64,000 bases of DNA from an uncultured Spirochaetaceae bacterium (GTDB lineage Bacteria > Spirochaetota > Spirochaetia > DSM-27196 > SLST01), in assembly GCA_964458555.1 (NCBI GenBank), contig CAYWJH010000007.1:328-64327 (forward strand). Direction: 5' to 3'. Both the position numbers and the translations under genes were made by a program. The notes beneath the pieces were generated by a model. That model saw only the letters and a program-made list of their open reading frames with translations, was not told where the DNA came from and searched no databases. Of this stretch, positions 57,525 through 64,000 are shown piece by piece (position 1 is the first letter of the stretch; each line of letters starts with the position of its first letter).

Positions 57525-58469
57525 ATGAGCGATCAGAGCCGCCGCGCGAGGGCAGACTGGACCGCGTTCGACGCGACAGGGGGCGATCTGGAGACCCGGG
57601 CCGACGCGCTCGGCCTCGAGCGCGAGGACCTCGCGGCGCAGGCGGAGCCGCTCGAGCTCGCCGTGGAAGGCGGCATCCTCGAGTACAAGCGGACGCTCCT
57701 CAACGACGCCTTCCGGGCGATCGAACAGGCGCGCTACCGCTCGCTCACCGGCGCGCAGATCCTCGGGATCGCGAAGCAGTTCGGGGTCTACGCCTACGTG
57801 GCGACCGTCCAGCGGTTCATGGCCGACGGCACCATGCCGCTGCGCGAACATCGGCCCAAAGCCGAAGAGCCCGAACCGTCCGAAGCCGACGAGGCGGAGG
57901 CCGACGTCAAGCAGATCATCGCCGAGATCCAGGAGCGCGTGAAGAAGGAGCCGGAGCTTCGCACGCGGCAGCCGGTGAAGAACATCCTCATGCAGCTCTC
58001 GCGTTACTCGCGCGAGCTCGAACAGTTCAAGGACGTCACCGCGCGCACACCGCCGGATAAACGGGGCAATATCGCCAAGAATTTCCGCATGACGACCGAG
58101 GAGATCTTCGCGAGCATCCGGCGCAACTACCAGCAGCTCGAGCGGGAGGAACGCGAGGCGATGCCCACGCAGCCGCAGAACATCCTGCTTCGCATCCCCG
58201 TCGACAAGCTCTCCGGGCTCTTCCTCAAGCAGTCGCGCGCGGCGGTCGAGGTCCGATCGGGCCTGCTCTTCGCGCACGAGGAGCAGTACCAGACGCGCGA
58301 GCTCCTGCTCTCGCTCGCCGACTATCACGAGCGCATGCTCGCCATGGTCGACGAGGAGGAGACGAGCTACCGCGAGCTCACCGGCACCGACCGCCTCGCG
58401 ATCCTCGCCTCGCGCACCTTCGCCGGCGAGGTGAAGAAGCGCATCGAGCGGGAGACCGAGGTCTACTGA
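57525..58469 (+). CDS. Conserved hypothetical helical protein
   Basis: Strong coding bias; ATG 7 nt after TATCCT. Confidence 0.75.
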   Translation: MSDQSRRARADWTAFDATGGDLETRADALGLEREDLAAQAEPLELAVEGGILEYKRTLLNDAFRAIEQARYRSLTGAQILGIAKQFGVYAYVATVQRFMADGTMPLREHRPKAEEPEPSEADEAEADVKQIIAEIQERVKKEPELRTRQPVKNILMQLSRYSRELEQFKDVTARTPPDKRGNIAKNFRMTTEEIFASIRRNYQQLEREEREAMPTQPQNILLRIPVDKLSGLFLKQSRAAVEVRSGLLFAHEEQYQTRELLLSLADYHERMLAMVDEEETSYRELTGTDRLAILASRTFAGEVKKRIERETEVY

Positions 58470-58473
58470 GGTA

Positions 58474-58818
58474 TCAGGGGCGCAGCGAGAGCACGAGCTC
58501 GAGCCCGGCGTCCACCTCGCGCACGAGCTCGTAGGAAAGAACGCCGTGCCGACGCACAAGACGCCTCTTGTCGACGGCCGCGAGCTGAGATACGACGATC
58601 ACCGACGTCCTGCGCAGGCCGGTATCATCCGTGTCGGCGAGCACGTTGCCCGGGGCGTCGGCGAGTTGCAGGTTCGTCGTGAAGGGAACCACGATCGTCG
58701 TAGCGATTCTGCTCGCGTTGAACGCATCGGCCTGGACGACGAACACTGGACGCTCGAAGCCGGGCTCGCTTCCGAACGGCAGGCCAAAATCGGCCCACCA
58801 GATCTCACCACGGGTCAT
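58474..58818 (-). CDS. mazF: MazF/PemK family endoribonuclease toxin
   Basis: RGEIWWADFG...GSEPGFERP..VVQ.D.FN.S.I.T.IVVP.TTN, GL...S......Q. Confidence 0.93.
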   Translation of the reverse strand: MTRGEIWWADFGLPFGSEPGFERPVFVVQADAFNASRIATTIVVPFTTNLQLADAPGNVLADTDDTGLRRTSVIVVSQLAAVDKRRLVRRHGVLSYELVREVDAGLELVLSLRP

Positions 58819-59059
58819 CACGCGTGAGGTCGCGCAGCGCTTCGATCGAGACGTCTGCTTCGGCGACGGAGTGGTGTTCGCTTCCGTCCCCGGACCCGTA
58901 TACCGCGTCGAGCTTCTCCGTGAGCCGATCGCGCTCGTGGTTGCGTATGAACTCCTCGAGCGCACGCGTCACGAGCTGGCTGCGCGGGACGCCCAGCTGT
59001 CGGGCCGTGCGCTCGGCGTCGGCATAGACGTCGTCAGGAATGGAAACGGCGGTCTTCAT
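58805..59059 (-). CDS. RHH antitoxin (ChpI/MazE-like)
   Basis: MKTAVSIPDDVY...RSQL..RAL; overlaps mazF start. Confidence 0.88.
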   Translation of the reverse strand: MKTAVSIPDDVYADAERTARQLGVPRSQLVTRALEEFIRNHERDRLTEKLDAVYGSGDGSEHHSVAEADVSIEALRDLTRDDPW

Positions 59060-59066
59060 CTGCCTT

Positions 59067-59088
59067 GAGTATAACCGGAGTATAACCG
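59067..59088. repeat. Tandem 11-bp repeat over the antitoxin -10 box (candidate operator)
   Basis: GAGTATAACCG x2; each copy contains TATACT on the minus strand. Confidence 0.75.
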
Positions 59089-59106
59089 AAGAGCAAGGGC
59101 GATCGG

Positions 59107-59601
59107 CTACTCGTCCTCCAGCCTCGCGAGCTCGCGCAGCTCGTCGACGAAGGCAGCGTGGGCCGTGATTACGCCCTCCACCGCCGGTTCGACGTGGTCC
59201 TGCGCGATCATGAGCTTGCGTGGATCCAGACCCGAGTCGTAGATGTGGCGAAAGGCGTGGCGGAACCGGCGCAGCTCGTCGACGTGCCGGGTCAGCTCGA
59301 GCGACCAGACCCGCGGCCGAATCTCCGGCACCTCCACCGCCATCCGCTGAACGACCGAGCGGTGCCACGAGCGCTCGTTCAGGTGGTTCTCGAACGCCTT
59401 CGCGATGCGCAGCGCGTACCCCTCGATCGCGCTGTAGAGATTGTGAATCGTGTAGCCGACCGCCGCGTAGTCGTACTCGGACTGCTGCGAGGCGCGAAGG
59501 CGTTCGAGAGCCTGCCGATTCGTCTCAGCCAGTCTGCGGATAAGCACGAGATCGAGCTCCAGCTCTCCGATCAGGTCAAACAGCTCCTCACCCGTCGGCA
59601 C
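59107..59601 (-). CDS. hepT: HEPN-domain ribonuclease toxin (HepT-like)
   Basis: LHNxY-like IHNLYSAIE, WH..., RX4HXY motif RHAFRHIY. Confidence 0.85.
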   Translation of the reverse strand: MPTGEELFDLIGELELDLVLIRRLAETNRQALERLRASQQSEYDYAAVGYTIHNLYSAIEGYALRIAKAFENHLNERSWHRSVVQRMAVEVPEIRPRVWSLELTRHVDELRRFRHAFRHIYDSGLDPRKLMIAQDHVEPAVEGVITAHAAFVDELRELARLEDE

Positions 59602-59989
59602 GATACACCTCCACACCGTGGCGCTCGACGGCATCGCGGACGTAGTCGGAGCACCACGTGAGATCGACGAGATCCACGTCGAAGCTCGAATCGAGCGCGA
59701 CGTCGAGCAGATCGCCGTAGCGATCGGAGTCCACCGCGAGGTCGATGTCGAAGCCGGGCCGCTTCACGCGCCCGCGCGCGATCGAGCCGAAGAGAACGAC
59801 CCGGCGGAGCCCCGGATCGCGGGCCCGGAACGCCACGACGAGCCGATCGACCTCCGCGCGTGCCTCCCGCAGGCGCACCTCGATCAGCCGCGCGCGTTCG
59901 ACGCGGTCGCGCTCGGCGCGTCGCCGGGCGCGCACAGCGATCGCGCGCAGCTTGTCATGCTCCGTCTTGTCGCTCATCGCGTGTTCCAC
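59588..59989 (-). CDS. mntA: Minimal nucleotidyltransferase antitoxin (MntA-like)
   Basis: VLFGSIARG...DIDLAV, VDLVD; Arg-rich N-terminal helix; alternative ATG at 59977. Confidence 0.85.
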   Translation of the reverse strand: MEHAMSDKTEHDKLRAIAVRARRRAERDRVERARLIEVRLREARAEVDRLVVAFRARDPGLRRVVLFGSIARGRVKRPGFDIDLAVDSDRYGDLLDVALDSSFDVDLVDLTWCSDYVRDAVERHGVEVYRADG

Positions 59990-60011
59990 CCCGTCACACT
60001 ACCACCTTCGC

Positions 60012-61136
60012 CTACTCCCCCACCAGATCGCCCATCCCCGCCGCCTTCGCGGTCTCCACCGCCTCCTTCACGAGCTGGCTCTCGCCGCGTCGGCAGACGA
60101 GCACGCGCCCGTTCTTCACGACGACGTGCAGATCGTTCACCCCGCAGAGCGCGACCGGCAGGTCGGAGTCGATGTGGTTCCCGGAGCTCTCGATCTCCAC
60201 GATCGACGCCGCGCCGGGCGCGGTCGCACGGTCGGGCGACGGCGAGAGGCTCGCCGCCTCGTCCCAGCTCCCCACGTCGCTCCACGCGAAGCTCGCCGGC
60301 ACGACCGCAACCCGCTCGCTCTTCTCCAGGAGCGCGTAGTCGATGCTCGCCTTCGGCAACGACTCGTACACCGATGCGAGCGCGTCCGGATCGGCGGCGC
60401 GCGATCCGTCGCTTCGGGATTCCAGGCCGATGCGGCCCGAACGCCCGAATACCCGCGCGATCTCCGGCGCGTGCTCGGCGAGCTCGTCGGCGAAGCGGCC
60501 GGCGGTGAACGCGAACATCCCGGCGTTCCAGTAGAAGTTCCCGCGGCGCAGGTACTCCTCGGCGGTCTCGCGGTCCGGCTTCTCGCGGAAGGCGTCCACC
60601 ACGAGCCCGGTGGCGAGCCCGGCGCCGGCCTGGATGTAGCCGTAGCCGGTCTCCGGCCTCGTGGGCGCGATCCCGAAGGTGACGAGGTACCCCTCGCCGG
60701 CGAGCTGCACGGCGAGCCCGGCGTCGGCGGCGAAGCGGTCGACCGGCTCGATCACGTGGTCGGCGGTGAGCACGAGCACCGACGCGTCGGGCGGATGCTC
60801 CTGCGCGATCCAGCGCACCCCCAGCGCGATCGCCGGCGCGGTGTTGCGCCCGACCGGCTCGGGGAGGTAGACGACGCGAGAGAGGAGGTCGGGGGTGGCG
60901 AGCTCGCGCACGTGCTCGGCGATGGGCTCCACGTGGTCGCGATGGGTAACGACGACGATGGGCCCCTCGGGCGTCGCCGCGAGCGCGCGGAGGACCGCCT
61001 GCTGGACGAGGCTGGGCGGGCGGCCGTCCGCGCCGGCCGAACCGATGCGCATGAGCTGCTTGGGCGCGCTGGGGATGGAGGCCGGCCAGAGCCGCGTTCC
61101 CGACCCTCCGGCCATGATGATCGTTGCGTCAGCCAT
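60012..61136 (-). CDS. manC: Mannose-1-phosphate guanylyltransferase
   Basis: IMAGGSGTRLWP.S..PKQ, EPVGRNTAPA, ADH, YGYI, FREKP, WNAGMF, WSDVGSW. Confidence 0.93.
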   Translation of the reverse strand: MADATIIMAGGSGTRLWPASIPSAPKQLMRIGSAGADGRPPSLVQQAVLRALAATPEGPIVVVTHRDHVEPIAEHVRELATPDLLSRVVYLPEPVGRNTAPAIALGVRWIAQEHPPDASVLVLTADHVIEPVDRFAADAGLAVQLAGEGYLVTFGIAPTRPETGYGYIQAGAGLATGLVVDAFREKPDRETAEEYLRRGNFYWNAGMFAFTAGRFADELAEHAPEIARVFGRSGRIGLESRSDGSRAADPDALASVYESLPKASIDYALLEKSERVAVVPASFAWSDVGSWDEAASLSPSPDRATAPGAASIVEIESSGNHIDSDLPVALCGVNDLHVVVKNGRVLVCRRGESQLVKEAVETAKAAGMGDLVGE

Positions 61137-61159
61137 GCTCCTACTATATCATGTTCGCC

Positions 61160-62254
61160 ATGGCTAGCAGTTTCACCCTGGCGATGTACCCGTGGGTCTA
61201 CAAGGCGCAGTATCAGGACGACGGCTCGTGGACCGAGACGTACGACGAGAAGCCGCACAAGTCTCCCACCGAGGAGGCGGCGCTCCCGCCCGAAAAGCGG
61301 CGGGCGCTCCAGGGGTCGCGGAACTCGTTCCCCGAGCTGCCGCTCGTGAACTACACGACGCAGTACGGGATGGGCTGCTTCGAAGGGCTGAAGGCGTTCC
61401 CGCAGAAAGACGGCTCGCTGGCGATCTTCCGACCGGACGAGAACGGCGTGCGCATGGCCCGATCGATGGAGGGGCTCCTGATGCCCGTGTATCCGGCCGA
61501 TCTCTTCGTCGAGGCGTGCGTCGAAGCAACGCGTCGCAACCACCGCCTGGGCTTCTCGCCGGACTACGACCCGGCGTGGGAGAAGACCGACTTCGTCGAC
61601 GGCCACTCGATCTACATCCGGCCGTTCAGCTACTCGGAGCCGGGGATCGGGCTGAACCTCTCGTCGAAGCCGTGGGTCGTCATGGTCGAGACCGAGGTGG
61701 GAAGCTACTTCGACCCGGAGGCCGACGCGAAGGCGATCACGACCGACAAGGTCCGTGCGACCCCCGGCGGCACCGGCTGGATCAAGTGCGACGCCAACTA
61801 CGTCATCCCCACCCTGACGAAGAAATCGGTCCAGAAGCAGGGCTACATGGAGGCGATCTTCCTCGACGCGGCCGAACAGCGCTACGTCGAAGAGGGGTCG
61901 AGCTGCAACGTCTTCTTCCTGCTGTCGAACGGCACGCTCGTCACGCCGTCGCTCGAGGACACGGTCCTGCCCGGCATCAACCGCAAGAGCGTCGTCGACA
62001 TCGCGCGCTCGAAGGGCGTGAAGGTCGAGGAGCGCCGCGTGCCCATCGACGAAGTGATGGACGACGCGGTCGAGTGCTTCGTGACCGGCACCGCCGCCGG
62101 CGTGGCGTACCTCGAATCGATCGAGCACCACGGGACGACGCGCGTCTTCCGCGACGGCAAGGTGGGCGAGCTCACCCACGAGCTGCGCTCGACGCTCAAG
62201 GGCATCCAGTACGGCACGGTCGAAGACGGCTTCGGCTGGATGGTGCCGGTGTAG
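61160..62254 (+). CDS. ilvE: Branched-chain amino acid aminotransferase
   Basis: YG..CFEGLKAF, FRPDEN, YIRP, KCDANY, EEGSSCN, LPGINR, GTAAG. Confidence 0.92.
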   Translation: MASSFTLAMYPWVYKAQYQDDGSWTETYDEKPHKSPTEEAALPPEKRRALQGSRNSFPELPLVNYTTQYGMGCFEGLKAFPQKDGSLAIFRPDENGVRMARSMEGLLMPVYPADLFVEACVEATRRNHRLGFSPDYDPAWEKTDFVDGHSIYIRPFSYSEPGIGLNLSSKPWVVMVETEVGSYFDPEADAKAITTDKVRATPGGTGWIKCDANYVIPTLTKKSVQKQGYMEAIFLDAAEQRYVEEGSSCNVFFLLSNGTLVTPSLEDTVLPGINRKSVVDIARSKGVKVEERRVPIDEVMDDAVECFVTGTAAGVAYLESIEHHGTTRVFRDGKVGELTHELRSTLKGIQYGTVEDGFGWMVPV

Positions 62255-64000
62255 TCAGAACACCAGGTCGTCGAGGTCCTCGGGGATATCGTTGTAGATC
62301 TGCATCTTGTACTCGGGCCGCGGGTAGAGCGCCTCGCGCTGGTTGAGGTAGGCGAGATCGACGGCGTCCGACCGTGAGAGCGTGGCCGGGTCGCGCTGAT
62401 AGTTCTCGGCGAGCTCGGTCGATTGCGTGAAGTAGACGAGGCTCTGCGAGTACTTGTCGGGGTCGCTGTTCTGCTCGGAGAGCTCATAGAGCGCGACGCC
62501 GAGGTTGTTGTACCCGCGGAAGAGGTACTCGATGACCGACTGGTGCTCGGGGTCCTCGTCGACGAGCAGGTTCCGGATGCTGTCGCGCTGCCGCTCGGCG
62601 CGGTCGATGAGCTCGCGGTAGTACGCCTCCGAGGCGAAGTAGGTGGCGCGGCGAAAGTGCGTATTCGCGGTCGCCCACAGGAGCGCGTTCGTCTCCGCGG
62701 CGGGGTCGTCTGCGGCCGCGCGGAACTCGGCGAGCGCCTCCTCCAGTCGTCCGCCACGGTAGTGGACGAAGCCCTGTTTGTAGTCGAGGTCCGAGCTGCC
62801 GTAGCCGGCGGCCTCCGCGTTGTCGAACTGGGCGAGCGCCCGCTCGTACTCCCGCCCCACGTAGTAGAAGACGTCCCCGAGCCGGGCGTAGGCACGGGCG
62901 AGCTCGGGGTCGGGGCCCAGGATGCGGCGCTCGCGGCCCCGCTCGTAGAGCTCGATCGCGCGCGTGAACTGCTCCTGCGCGTCGAGGTAGTTGCCCGCGT
63001 CGTACTCGTTCTCGCCCATGCGCGTGTGCGTGTCGACGAGCATCGCGCGCCGCTCGGCGGTAAACGGCTGCGCGTCGGCGAGCAGCCGCCGGGCCGTGTC
63101 GAGCGCGAGCTCCTCCTCCCCGAAGGCCGATATCTCGCGGTAGTAGCGCGCGAGGTGGTAGTGGAGCTCGGGAACGGTCCGATCGACCTCGAAGGCGCGG
63201 AAGATCACGTCCTCCACGTCGCCGAGCAGATCGTTGTCGATGAGGTACCCGGCGAGCTCGGCGTAGATCTCCGGGTTGATCTGAGCCCGCGGGTCGTTCT
63301 GGAACGCGGTTTTGATCGCGATGACCTCGTCCAGGTTGTCGGTCGCGATGAAGTAGCGCAGCATCCGGAAGAGGAGCTCGTCGGTCTGGCCGTACTGCTC
63401 CATGAGCCGCGCGTACGCCAGGCGCGCGTCCTCGTACCGAGCCGGATCGTCCTCCGCCCAGCGCATAGAGTTGTCTCCGAGCGCGAGGCGGGCGTCGTAG
63501 TCGTTGGTGTCGCGGAAGAGCAGGAGGTTGATGAGCCGGTCGGCGCGCTCGTAGTTGCCGAGCATGCGCGACTCGAGCTCGGCGAACTCGAGCACGCCGC
63601 GCTTGGGAAGCGGATGGTTGGCGACGATCGGCGCGTAGGTCCGGCCGGCGAGCGCCTCGAGCGCGATCTCTCGCACGGCGGGGTCGCGGCCGAAGAGCAG
63701 CTCTTCGTACTTCTCCTGCGCGAGGGTGTACTCGCGCTCGGCCTCGAAGGCGTCGGCGTACTCGTAGTACCAGTCGCTGTCGGGCCAGACCTCCCACGCG
63801 CGGTCGAAGGTCTGGTTGCCGAGCGAGTACTGATCGGCCTCGATGAGCTCGATTCCCTCGCGGTAGAGCGAGCCCGCGAACAGCGGTCGGAACACGAGGT
63901 GGTAGCCGGCGAGCGCGAGCCCGGAGGCGAGGACGATGAAGACCACCGCGAGGCGGACGATGGGCCAGATGTTCTCGCGGAACTGGTAGAGGAAGCTCTC
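62255..64000 (-). CDS. flcA: Membrane-anchored TPR protein, FlcA-like flagellar collar protein (5' truncated by window edge)
   Basis: Open frame to the window end; TM helix followed by F.P..A.SLY..G and many TPRs, the architecture I associate with spirochaete FlcA. Confidence 0.6.
   Translation of the reverse strand, partial: ESFLYQFRENIWPIVRLAVVFIVLASGLALAGYHLVFRPLFAGSLYREGIELIEADQYSLGNQTFDRAWEVWPDSDWYYEYADAFEAEREYTLAQEKYEELLFGRDPAVREIALEALAGRTYAPIVANHPLPKRGVLEFAELESRMLGNYERADRLINLLLFRDTNDYDARLALGDNSMRWAEDDPARYEDARLAYARLMEQYGQTDELLFRMLRYFIATDNLDEVIAIKTAFQNDPRAQINPEIYAELAGYLIDNDLLGDVEDVIFRAFEVDRTVPELHYHLARYYREISAFGEEELALDTARRLLADAQPFTAERRAMLVDTHTRMGENEYDAGNYLDAQEQFTRAIELYERGRERRILGPDPELARAYARLGDVFYYVGREYERALAQFDNAEAAGYGSSDLDYKQGFVHYRGGRLEEALAEFRAAADDPAAETNALLWATANTHFRRATYFASEAYYRELIDRAERQRDSIRNLLVDEDPEHQSVIEYLFRGYNNLGVALYELSEQNSDPDKYSQSLVYFTQSTELAENYQRDPATLSRSDAVDLAYLNQREALYPRPEYKMQIYNDIPEDLDDLVF

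Noticed and set aside
49546-59989. Integron cassette array or prophage explanation for the TA cluster
   Set aside because: No attC-like RYYYAAC...GTTRRRY pairs after the genes, and no integrase or phage genes seen.

Overview
High-GC chromosomal window, probably from a free-living spirochaete. Support for that assignment: an Msp/Tpr-like outer-membrane protein, a FlcA-like flagellar-collar TPR protein, 'FASG..QE'-type solute-binding-protein N-termini and spirochaete-type small conserved proteins. Layout: (1) 0-15 kb, a likely glycoside catabolic locus (URO-D/MtaA-family enzyme, unknown protein, divergently split Opp/Dpp-type ABC transporter, ThuA-like protein, Gfo/Idh/MocA oxidoreductase, six-hairpin glycosidase-like protein). 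(2) 15-21.6 kb, a LacI-controlled sugar-type ABC transporter with GDPD, HAD and PhnP-like hydrolases and two matching LacI-type operators. (3) 21.7-42.7 kb, mostly housekeeping genes (fabF, coaBC, hom, glgP, glmS, trxA) plus an encapsulin-type ferritin with no cargo peptide and a ZIP transporter carrying an inserted cyclic-nucleotide-binding domain. (4) 42.8-49.5 kb, a full trp operon (trpE-trpGD-trpCF-trpB-trpA) preceded by an unannotated 16-aa Trp-Trp-Trp leader peptide and attenuator that appears to be translated from a leaderless mRNA. (5) 49.5-60 kb, a dense, partly decaying toxin-antitoxin region with a DUF4143 AAA ATPase, operator-like palindromes and duplicated gene-end remnants. (6) manC, ilvE and a 5'-truncated flcA-like gene. 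Across the window about 18 genes have a -10 hexamer 6-9 nt upstream of the start codon and no Shine-Dalgarno site, suggesting widespread leaderless transcription. No rRNA, tRNA, CRISPR array, integrase or transposase was recognised. All product calls are from motif recognition by eye, not database searches; many start codons were re-called inside the longer track ORFs.
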